A DNA stretch of 62,105 nt, taken from NCBI RefSeq assembly GCF_000142905.1, contig NW_013657608.1, positions 20,337-82,441 of the forward strand, written 5' to 3'. Every line of letters starts with the position of its first letter. Position 1 is the first letter of the stretch. Positions 45,364-55,100 of this stretch are shown piece after piece. Origin of the DNA: Thecamonas trahens ATCC 50062 (taxonomy: Eukaryota; Protista; Apusomonadida). The translations under genes and the position numbers were made by a program. The notes below the pieces were generated by a model, which saw only the letters and a program-made list of their open reading frames with translations, had not been told where the DNA came from and made no database searches.

Positions 45364-46995
45364 ATGCCCCGCAACCGCCGCGGCCGGCAGCGCAAGAAGC
45401 GGACGGGCAAGGCGACCACGGCCACGGCCACCACGGCCACGGCCACCACGGAGGCCACGGTCACGGCCACTCCCGCAGCCGGGCCACGGTATGCGGTGCC
45501 ACAGGCTGTGGTCAAGTCGCTACGGAAGGAGCTGGTCGGAGGAGTCGTGCCGAAGGAGCTGAAGGAGGCTCACCAGGAGGTGGTGGAGAGGATGCGCGAC
45601 ATGGCCGACAACGCTGCCGACGACGACGCCGGAGACGATGGTGTCGTCGGTGGCGCGGTTGGACAAGGGGGGATGGCGGGCGACGGCAAAGGTGACGGCA
45701 AGGCGGATGGAAGCGGATGGGCAGACGATGGAGGTGCTGGCGCGGTGGCGATGGAGGTCGAGGGCGGGAAGAGCTGGAGCAGGCCCGGCGAGACGCGCAG
45801 GCAGCGCAAGGTCCGGCTGCAGCAGGAGGCGGTGGCCAAGCTCAAGGTGGCTGTGGCCCGGCCGGAGCTTGTGGACTCGGCGGATGTGTACGCCCGAGAT
45901 CCGCATCTCTTGCTGCATCTCAAGGGCTACCACAACTCGGTGCCGGTGCCGGTGCACTGGAACGCGACGCGCAAGTACCTGGCAGGTAAGCGGGCGGCCG
46001 ACAAGATCCCGTACGTGCTCCCGCCGTACATTGAGGCCACCGGTGTGGCGCAGATGCGCCAGGCCTTTGTCGACTCGCAGGAGAGCAAGAGCCTGCGTCA
46101 GCTCGGCCGCGACCGCATGCGCGGCAAGATCGGCCGCATGGACATGGACTACCAGGTCCTCCACGATGCCTTCTTTGTCCACCAGACCAAGCCCAAGCTA
46201 ACCGGCCACGGCGAGCTCTACTATGAAAACAAGGAGCTAGAGGTCGACCACTCGGCCGCCAAGCCCGGCGTGTACTCGCAAGAGCTCATGCTCGCGCTGG
46301 GCATGCAGCCCGGCGGGCCGCCGCCGTGGCTCATCAACATGCAGCGGTACGGCCCGCCGCCGAGCTACCCGGGGCTCAAGGTGCCTGGTGTCAACGCGCC
46401 GCTTCCGCCCGGCGGGAGCTACGGCTACGAGCCCGGCCAGTGGGGCAAGCCGCCGGTCGACATCTTTGGCCGCCCGCTCTACGGCAACGTCTTTGCTCCG
46501 CCCGAGCCCGAGGGTCCGGCGCCTGGTGCCGCCATCAAGGGTGCTGCCCGTGCGTGGGGCGAACTCCTCGACGACGAGTTTGACGACGACGATGATGACG
46601 ACGACGAGAGCAGCTCCGAGTACGAATCTTACGACGACGACGATGACGACGATGCCGTCAACGACGACAGTGGCGCCGGTCCTGCCGGCGGCAACGTCGC
46701 CCACATGGACGTTGTCTCGGCGCCGGCCATGGACGAGCCGGCGCCGGCGGTCCACGAGCGGCCGCTCTACACCGTGCTCGAGCAGCGGAGCGCCACTGTC
46801 GGCGCAGGTAGCCTCATGGGCTCGGCGCACACGTACGCCATCCCGGTCACCGACGAGGCGCAGCTGGCCGACCCGCAGTTCCTCGCCAAGCACGCGGCTG
46901 CAGCCGAGGCGGCAGGCGCCATGCCGGCGGCGAGCAGCAAGGTGGCGGGCAAGAGCAAGGTGCGCGTGCCCGACGCGTCGAACTTCAAGTTCTGA
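45364..46995 (+). CDS. SF3B2: Splicing factor 3B subunit 2 (SAP145/Cus1)
   Basis: DUF382 region (DV.ARDP.LL.HLK...NSVPVP.HW...RKYL.GKR, DMDYQVLHDAFF, GELYYE.KE) and PSP domain (PPPWLINMQRYGPPPSYP.LKVPGVNAP; WGKPPVD..GRPLYG). Confidence 0.94.
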   Translation: MPRNRRGRQRKKRTGKATTATATTATATTEATVTATPAAGPRYAVPQAVVKSLRKELVGGVVPKELKEAHQEVVERMRDMADNAADDDAGDDGVVGGAVGQGGMAGDGKGDGKADGSGWADDGGAGAVAMEVEGGKSWSRPGETRRQRKVRLQQEAVAKLKVAVARPELVDSADVYARDPHLLLHLKGYHNSVPVPVHWNATRKYLAGKRAADKIPYVLPPYIEATGVAQMRQAFVDSQESKSLRQLGRDRMRGKIGRMDMDYQVLHDAFFVHQTKPKLTGHGELYYENKELEVDHSAAKPGVYSQELMLALGMQPGGPPPWLINMQRYGPPPSYPGLKVPGVNAPLPPGGSYGYEPGQWGKPPVDIFGRPLYGNVFAPPEPEGPAPGAAIKGAARAWGELLDDEFDDDDDDDDESSSEYESYDDDDDDDAVNDDSGAGPAGGNVAHMDVVSAPAMDEPAPAVHERPLYTVLEQRSATVGAGSLMGSAHTYAIPVTDEAQLADPQFLAKHAAAAEAAGAMPAASSKVAGKSKVRVPDASNFKF

Positions 46996-47030
46996 GGCGG
47001 GAGAAGGCGCGTGAGGAGAAAGCGGACGAT

Positions 47031-48727
47031 TTACTCGGTCTTGACCGGCTTCTTCTTCTTGGGCATCAGCATGGGCACCACAATCATGGAGCCGATGGTG
47101 AGGACGTGGCCGAGGAAGAGCTCGGCCTTCCAGATGCGCCACGAGGCGTCCCAGGCCAGAAGGGTAAACGGCGTGCAGGTGTAGTTGAGGACGACGGCGG
47201 TGAGGAGGAAGGAGGCGACGTCGTAGAGCGGCTTGAGCGAGGTGCCGGCAAACTTGGGGCGGAGGAGCTTGCGCAGGCCGCGGGCGGCATTGTTCATGAG
47301 GGCGCCGGAGGAGAAGGTCATGTAGTAGCCCGGGTAGAAGCCATGCCAGAAGGCCGAAGTCATGTAGGTGAGCATCTGGACGTAGAACGGAGCGCCCTTG
47401 GACGGATCCGGGTTGAGGCGGTTGTAGACGTAGCGGCGGAGCCAGACAGCCGTCCCGATGTTCCAGTTGGCCATGACCGAGCGGACGTTGGGCGCAAACT
47501 CGACCTCGAGCACCTTGACGTTAGTGATGAGGTCCCAGGTGCCCTTAACCGAGTCAAAGCCAAAGCCGGCGGCGTTGCACCCGCCCTCGGCGAGGAACCA
47601 GCCAAAGTAGTACTTGTAGCGGTACATGGTGACCGAGAGCCACTGGTAGCCAAGGCGGTGGAGGAGCGGCAGGGCCCAGTACTCCTCGGTAGACATGAAC
47701 TGAGTGTCGAACGCGCCGCCGAGAACGACTCCAGCCATAAAGACAAACGAGAGCAGGAGCTTGGTGACCGAGGGAACCCAGGCCGACGGCGAGCCCTCGG
47801 CCGAGACCGAGCGGCGCATAAAGGCGCGGTAGTCGGAGAACTCAAACGAGGGGCCAGCGAGGAAGCCGCCAAAGTAGTACACAAACGAAAAGTACTCGAG
47901 GAGCGAGGGCATCTCGGTCACGGCGCACTTCTTCTGCTCCTTGTCGCACTTGTCCAGCTGCTCACCGTCCGACACGTTGTAGGCAAACGAGGAGAGCTTG
48001 ATGGTCAGAATCATCTGCGGGCCGGTAAAGTCGAGGGTCCAGCCCATGTAGTCGGTGTACTGCCGGTAGATGTGGCAAAGGCACATGTAGCCGAGGGTGA
48101 AGATGAACACGATGATGCTGTGTGTGTGTGTGTGTGCGTGGAGGGGGGGGTGTGAGTGGGTGAGGGAGAGGAGGGGCTGGCCGATGGTGGCAGAGGCTCT
48201 ACAGTGGCAAGGGCCCCATGGTGGCAAGGGCCTCATGGTGGGCGATGATGGGGAAGATTCATGGCACTGGTGATGTGATGGTGGTGATGGTGTGGGTGTT
48301 GGTGATGGATGGCGGTGGGGGGTGGCAGAGGGGGGGGGGGTGGACCGCCGCGGGATGGCGGCAGGGGAGGGAGGGGGGGGGGGAGGGGGGAGGGGGCGTA
48401 CGGACGAGACTTGCCCTTGACGGTGCAGATCAGAATGTAGGTGACAAGGGCGGTGATGAAGGAATGGATCATGCCCTCGCGGAAGACGTAGAGACCCATG
48501 GCAAAGCCCAGGATGGTGGCGTAGAGCTGGCGGATGAGGAGGGACTTGGGCAGGAGGCGGAAAATAAGGGCGAGCGGGTAGACGAGGAGGAGGCACGAGA
48601 CGTAGCGGAGCTGGTCCATGGGGAAGCCCACAGCAGCAGAGACTCCAGAGAGATGCTCGTCAAGTGCAGAAAAGAGTGGGTTGTCCACAGACGGGATGGC
48701 CTTGCCCACCTGCTCAATGAACTCCAT
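47031..48727 (-). CDS. MBOAT lysophospholipid acyltransferase (ALE1/LPCAT-like); exons 48727-48402 and 48117-47031
   Basis: DFTGPQMILTIKLSSFA, RYKYYFGW, NWNI.TAVWLRRYVY, SAFWHGFYPGYY; phase-2 GTACGC...ACAG intron. Confidence 0.93.
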
Positions 48728-49373
48728 GGTACACGGTCAAAGTTGGGTGTCCCTCCATCCCCCCCTCCCGCCAAACTCGCCTCCGCTCTCGGCTGCCGTA
48801 CCACTTGCCGGCCGCCCATCACTGAATGACGCGCGGTGGCGCCAAAAAATAATAAGAAAAGCGCGCTAAAGACTCGTGGGCGACTTGGGGGAAGAGTTGG
48901 CCTGGGCTATCAGGAGAGCGAGAACATGGGATCGAGGATGACGGGTAGAAGATAGAGGGAGGGGAGGAGAGGATGGATGGGGGGGGGGGATGGATAGCAG
49001 AACAGGCCCGGAGAACGTGGGTGCTTTCTGATGAAGTTGATCAGAGAACGTAGATCAGTGATTTTGGTGCGTTGAGAAGGGCTGATCTGAGCGAGCAGTC
49101 TGATCGGGAAGCGATCAAAGTGGATGTGATGGAAAAGGCAATGCTTGACGGAAGCTGAGGGAAGCTACCCACCCCCTCCATCCCACTCCCACCCCCCTCT
49201 TCCCCTCGTTGCCATCCTCCCGCCCCCTCTCTCGCCCTCCATCACTCCGTGCCTAGCCGAGTCGTCATCGGTCACGCTCGTGATCAGCCGCCAGCCGCCC
49301 GTCCACCCAACTCCCCCCTCACCCCCCCCCCCCACCCCCCCCTTCCCCCACCCCCACCCCCACCCCTACCCAC

Positions 49374-50501
49374 ATGCCCCGCCTTCTCTATGTGTCGGTG
49401 CCGTCACCACAAGCTGGGCAGGTGGCGCGTGTGCTCAACGAGCACCCGGCGGTCCACTCGTTGGCGTCGGTGACCGGGCCTGAGTCGACGCTGCTGCGGT
49501 TCCGGACGACGGACAAGGGATCGGACGCTGTGCTGTCGGTGCTGGACGCCGAGGGTGTGGGAGTCGACTTTGGCGTTGTTGATATTGTCTCGCTGCTGGG
49601 CACAAAGCCGCGGCTCGGTGGGAGTGCTGCAGCCAGCGGTGGGCGCAAGAAGCGCCGGTATCGGGTCTCGGACAGAGCCTCGTTGGAGGAGATCTACGAG
49701 GTTGTCGACTCGCAGAACCATCTGACGTTTAACTACCTCGGCTTTATCCTTGTGGCGGCGCTCATTGCTGCCGTCGGCCTTGCCACAAACTCGGAGGCTG
49801 TCGTTGTCGCTTCAATGCTGGTCTCGCCGCTGATGGGCCCTATCATGGCCATGACCTTTGGCACCGCCATCTCGGACCCGGTCCTCCGCTACAAGGGCGC
49901 CCGCAACGAGATCATTGGTTTCCTCCTCACCTTTGCTGTCGGCTTTGTGTGGGCCTTTGCCACTTGGCCGTTCCCGGACCTGTGGGGGACCAACGAGCAG
50001 CTCTCGCGCGGCGGGCCGGCTGGCGTCTACGCCGGCATTGCCCTCGCCATCCCCTCAGGCATCGGCGTCGGTCTCGCCACTACCGGAGGCGGCATCTCGG
50101 CTCTTGTGGGCTGCGCCATCTCGGCCGCACTTCTTCCGCCGGTCACAAACTCGGGCATGTACGTTGGCTACTCGATTGTTCAATGCACGCCCATCGGCGG
50201 GACCCAGAGCTGCTCGCACTCGCTGAGGGTTGCCGGCTACTCGTCGCTTATCTTTGCCGTCAACGTGTTCTTCATCTACATCATGGCGCTTGTTGTCTTC
50301 AAGCTCAAGAAAGTCCGCTCGCTGACCAAGCCGTCGGCGCAGTACACCGAGCTCCGCGAGGACTGGTACTCCAACGGGAGCCCGGCCACCCACTTGCTCT
50401 CGACCTCGCACTTGGCAGAGGCCAACGAGTCCATCGAGACCGTCCGCCCGGGGCTCGACCTCATCTTTGGCAAGCCGCGGAGCCGGACCAAGGACGAGTA
50501 G
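49374..50501 (+). CDS. DUF389 family multi-pass membrane protein
   Basis: IAAVGLATNSEAVVVASMLVSPLMGPI, LVGCAISAALLPP; ~7 TM segments; small N-terminal alpha/beta domain. Confidence 0.85.
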   Translation: MPRLLYVSVPSPQAGQVARVLNEHPAVHSLASVTGPESTLLRFRTTDKGSDAVLSVLDAEGVGVDFGVVDIVSLLGTKPRLGGSAAASGGRKKRRYRVSDRASLEEIYEVVDSQNHLTFNYLGFILVAALIAAVGLATNSEAVVVASMLVSPLMGPIMAMTFGTAISDPVLRYKGARNEIIGFLLTFAVGFVWAFATWPFPDLWGTNEQLSRGGPAGVYAGIALAIPSGIGVGLATTGGGISALVGCAISAALLPPVTNSGMYVGYSIVQCTPIGGTQSCSHSLRVAGYSSLIFAVNVFFIYIMALVVFKLKKVRSLTKPSAQYTELREDWYSNGSPATHLLSTSHLAEANESIETVRPGLDLIFGKPRSRTKDE

Positions 50502-50525
50502 TCGCGCTCGTACCCTCTGCCGCGC

Positions 50526-51536
50526 TCAGCCAAACAGCGCGCGCGCGTTGCGGATGACCACAGAGACGACAACCCGGACGCTGCCGCGCGAGTCGGTCTC
50601 CAGCGAGTCCATGCCGCCAAAGCCGCCGCGCCGCGCCCCAAGCTCCACCACCGACTCGTCAGTTAGGACTGGCGAGCCGCCGAGGAAGAACGCCTTGACC
50701 GCGTCGCCAAGCCCGAGCGCAGGGCGCCAGACCCCGGTCTCCAGCTCGTGCATGCCGGCCTCACGCGGAAGAGGGAGCACTGCATACCCCTCCAGATGGT
50801 TGAGCCCAAACATGTCCTTGGAATACACACGGAGCACAAACTTGGGCCATCCGCCTACCCGCGGTGAACTCACGCCGACGTACCGGACGTCGACCGGGTG
50901 CGCCCACACAGGCTCCTTGCCGCCGGCCGCGTGCGTGATGCCCACGCTCGAACCGTAGCCGCGCGGCCATGGCTCGTGCAGGCTTCCGGCCATCAGCGAC
51001 CACTCGCAGAACACGTCCCGCCCGCCAAACCCGGTGCCGCCCGCCACCTGGCCCACGATCACCACCTCGGTCTGTCCGGGCTCGTTGGGCGCCGGTGCGC
51101 GCTGCGATGGCGCAAAGAGCGAGCCCACGCTTCCGCCACCTATTACCAGCCGTCCACTAGCACTTCCTGCGCCGCTACCCGGACCACCAGCCGGGTCTGC
51201 TCCGCCGTCATCGCCGTTGCTCGTTGGCGCAGAGGCGGCTGTGGCCGAGCCAGCTGCGGCAGCAGTGGCGACTGTGGCAGCGGCAGACGATGCGGCAGCA
51301 GGCTCGTCCTCCCCAGCGACCTCCTTGCCCTTGTCGAACCTTTGTTGAGGGACCTTGGTGCCTGTGACCGGCTTGCCCTCGTTGCTCCTGATGCCCGACG
51401 TGTCGGCGGCCTTGTTGGCCGACTTGCCTGCCGAGTTGGCGCCAAGAACCGGCGGCATGGGCAGGACATTGTCGTCGGACGAATACTCATAGGTGTACGA
51501 CGAGAGCCCGTCGTCCAAGGCAGACGTCTCGTCCAT
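50526..51536 (-). CDS. B9D2: B9 domain ciliary transition-zone protein (B9D2-like) with a low-complexity N-terminal extension
   Basis: EVVIVGQVAGGTGF...VFCEW, VWAHPVDV, GWPK..L.V.SKD.FG..HLEGY, WRP, FFLGGSP, G.V.VVV.V..RN..LFG. Confidence 0.8.
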   Translation of the reverse strand: MDETSALDDGLSSYTYEYSSDDNVLPMPPVLGANSAGKSANKAADTSGIRSNEGKPVTGTKVPQQRFDKGKEVAGEDEPAAASSAAATVATAAAAGSATAASAPTSNGDDGGADPAGGPGSGAGSASGRLVIGGGSVGSLFAPSQRAPAPNEPGQTEVVIVGQVAGGTGFGGRDVFCEWSLMAGSLHEPWPRGYGSSVGITHAAGGKEPVWAHPVDVRYVGVSSPRVGGWPKFVLRVYSKDMFGLNHLEGYAVLPLPREAGMHELETGVWRPALGLGDAVKAFFLGGSPVLTDESVVELGARRGGFGGMDSLETDSRGSVRVVVSVVIRNARALFG

Positions 51537-52118
51537 GGTGTGAGGGGAGAGGAGGGAAAGGGGGGGGGGGANNNNNNNNNNNNNNNNNNNNNNNNNNNNN
51601 NNNNNNNNNNNNNNNNNNNNNNNNNNNNNNNNNNNNNNNNNNNNNNNNNNNNNNNNNNNNNNNNNNNNNNNGTAAGGTGAGCGTGGCTGTAGTCGTGGTC
51701 GTGGTGGCCGTGGTGGCCGTGACCAATGGAGGGAACGAACGACCGAACCGATTGAGACGAAATCGATGTGTTCAATGGTTGCCATTCCTGCTTGGGAATT
51801 CGTCGAAGGGCTGATAGTGGTGCATCCACTGCTTGTCACTCTGCCTTTGTAGACATAAGCCAAACACCAGAGTATGCCTCATATAGCCATGTGCAACATG
51901 GTCATAATGGATAATGTGATCGCATGTGGTCGCGGTTGCAAAGGTGAGGCCGAGAGCGGAGCCGCAGCTGAAAAAACAATCAAAATTTTGCACTGCGCGC
52001 CAAAGACGACAGGCGGCGCGGGCGGGCAGAGCGGCAGCCCTGTATCGACAGCCCAAGGCACACCTCTCACATTCCCCTCACGGTCCACCCACCCACAGCG
52101 AGGACAAGCGAGTGTAGC

Positions 52119-55100
52119 ATGCAGCGTGCACCCCTGGGTGCGCTGAACGGGACGGAGCGCGAGCCCGGACGGGTCATCCGCAGGTCCGGCCGGCTCAACA
52201 GGAAGGCAAGGGAGGCGGCCATTCCGGCGACGCCGGTGCCTGCGGCCGACGCTGCAGGTAAGGGTGACGCACAGACGACGCCCGGCTCGGGCCGTCGCAT
52301 GATGCTGGCCACCAGCAAGACGCCGGCAAAGACTCCGCTGGCCAAGGCCGCCGACGCGGTTCGCAGGCAGCGGTCCCGCTCGGCAAAGCGGGCGGCGTCG
52401 CGCGGGCCGAGCGAGAACCGGCACGACGGCGAGTCGCCCATCCGCGTCCTCTCACTCTCACCCGAGAGCGAGGGCTCACGTGCCGGCGGCATCTCGCTCT
52501 CGCGGAAGACCCGCGGCGGCATGGGCCTCGGCTCAGCGCTCGGCGTTGGCGGTGGATGCGGCCGGTGCGAGCGCCAGAAGGCTGTCATCACGCAGCTCAA
52601 GGAGATCCGTGCAGACCGCGACAAGGAGATCGAGGCTCTCAAGATCGCGCTTATCAACGAGCAAGAGGACGGCAAGCAGTACCAGTCCGAGTGGCGCCGC
52701 ATCCAGGAGGAGGGTGCTCTGCTGTTCCAGACATACACCTCCAAGTGCAACAGGCTCAAGGACCTCGTCGAGCGCCACGACCAGCTCAAGACAGAGCTCG
52801 CCGAGAAGGAGGAGGAGATTGCAGAGCTGACCTCGACCAACGCCGAGTTGGATGCCACTGCAGAGTTGTACCAGGAGCAGGCCAACGAGGCCGCCACTCA
52901 GTTTGCCACCGTCTTCGAGTCGTACAAGAAGCTCACCGCCGAGCACACCAAGCTTGTGACCGAGATGGCCGAGCTAAAGGAGGCTCAAGCATCCGAGAAG
53001 TCGGCGCTCGATGAGCTAGAGACCATGCGCGCCCAGTACGCCGCAGTCATGGAGCAGCATGATGAGCTGGTTCTCCAGCTCAAGATGGCTACCTCGGCTA
53101 TTGAGCACCAGCACCGGGTCTCTGCCGACGATGACATGGCCGACACTGGTTCCTCGTCGCTCGCCTCGCACCCAATTTTCGAGCTCACCTACGAGCAGGA
53201 GGCCGTTGTCGAGGCTGCGCTTCTCGCCTATTCGGCTCGGAAGGACGAGGCGGGCTTTGACGACGATGTCGATGTCGAGGCCTACGCCGCACTCGAGCGC
53301 CGTGTTGTCGAGCTCGAGTCAGCACATTTGGCACAGGTCCGCGAGATCGATGCCCTTGAGGCTGAGCTCTCCACCACTCGCGATGCCGTCGATGTTGATC
53401 GTGCTGCGCTCGCCGAGGCTGCGGAGCGCGAGACCGAGCTACTCACAAAGCTGGAGGCGCTCGAAGCTGCTGTTGCTGCGGACGAGACGCATATGAAGCT
53501 GGACGCGGCTGAGGCTAAGCTTGCGGAACTCAACGGTGAGACCGAGCGGTTTGCTGCCATACGCGCCGAGCTCGAGTTCAAGATTGGCGAGCAGAGCAGC
53601 GAGATGGCCGCCCTTGAGGCGTCCCAAGCCGATCTCCTGGCCCAGATTGAGGCCGCTGACGCTCTCGAGACTGAGCTCGCCAACGCAACTGCTCGTCTCG
53701 CGGAAGTCGAGGCTGAGGCTGAGAAGGCAGCGGTCGAAGCCAAGCTCCAGATCGAGGCCGCCGCAGCTCGCGAGACTGAGCTCCGCCAGCAGCTCGAGGC
53801 CGCCAACGCCGGCGCGACCGAGGCCGAGCAGCTGGCTGCTGCCCGCTCAACGCTGGAGGCCAAGGTCACAGAGCAGAGCAGCGAGATTGCTGCGCTCGAG
53901 GCGACACAGACTGAGCTCATGGCCCAGATCGAGGCCGCCGCAGCTCGCGAGACTGAGCTCCGCCAACAGCTCGAGGCCGCCAACGCCGGCGCGACCGAGG
54001 CCGAGCAGCTGGCTGCTGCCCGCTCAACGCTGGAGGCCAAGGTCACAGAGCAGAGCAGCGAGATTGCTGCGCTCGAGGCGACACAGGCTGAGCTCATGGC
54101 CCAGATCGAGGCCGCTGACGCTCTCGAGACCGAGCTCGCCAACGCAACTGCCCGTCTCGCGGAAGTCGAGGCCGAGGCTGAGAAGGCAGCGGTCGAGGCC
54201 AAGCTCCAGATCCAGGCCGCCGCAGCTCGCGAGACTGAGCTCCGCCAACAGCTCGAGGCCGCCAACGCCGGCGCAACCGAGGCCGAGCAGCTGGCTGCTG
54301 TCCGCTCAACGCTGGAGGCCAAGGTCACAGAGCAGAGCAGCGAGATTGCTGCGCTCGAGGCGACACAGGCTGAGCTCATGGCCCAGATCGAGGCCGCTGA
54401 CGCTCTCGAGACTGAGCTCGCCAACGCAACTGCTCATCTCGCGGAAGTCGAGGCCGAGGCTGAGAAGGCAGCGGTCGAAGCCAAGCTCCAGATCGAGGCC
54501 GCCGCAGCTCGCGAGACTGAGCTCCGCCAACAGCTCGAGGCCGCCAACGCCGGTGCGACCGAGGCCGAGCAGCTGACCGCTGTCCGCTCATCGCTTGAGG
54601 CCAAATTGGCGGAGCAAGCTGACGCATTTGATGCCACCAAGCGAGAGCTGGAGTGTCTCCACAACGAGTACTCCGAGTTCCGCCTCGAGCACGAGTTTGA
54701 CGCCGAGAGCCTGCGCACCGAGGTTGCTGCAGCCGGAGAGCAGATTTCTGAGCTGCAGAGCCAAATCACAGCGCTAGCTGAACAGGTTGCCGCCAAGGAT
54801 GCTCGCATCGCGCAGCAGCAGACCGAAATCGACTCGGCCATTGGCGACGTGACCGAACTTATGGCCCAGACTGAAGCTGTTGACGCTCTCGAGTCAGAGC
54901 TTGCCAACACGTCGGCTCGCCTTGCCGAGGTTGAGGCCGAGGCCGAGAAGGCTGCGATCGAGGCCAAGCTCAAGATTGAGCAGCTGCAGCTAGCGGCAGC
55001 ATCGGCTGATGTTGTGAGCAACCTGCAGACTCAGTTGGACTCGGTGACTGCCGAGTACTCAGAGTTCCGCCTCCACAACTCGTTCGAGTTCCAGGAGCTC

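Noticed and set aside
51672-51960. Lower-GC stretch upstream of B9D2 as an ncRNA
   Set aside because: No recognisable snRNA, tRNA or snoRNA motifs on either strand.
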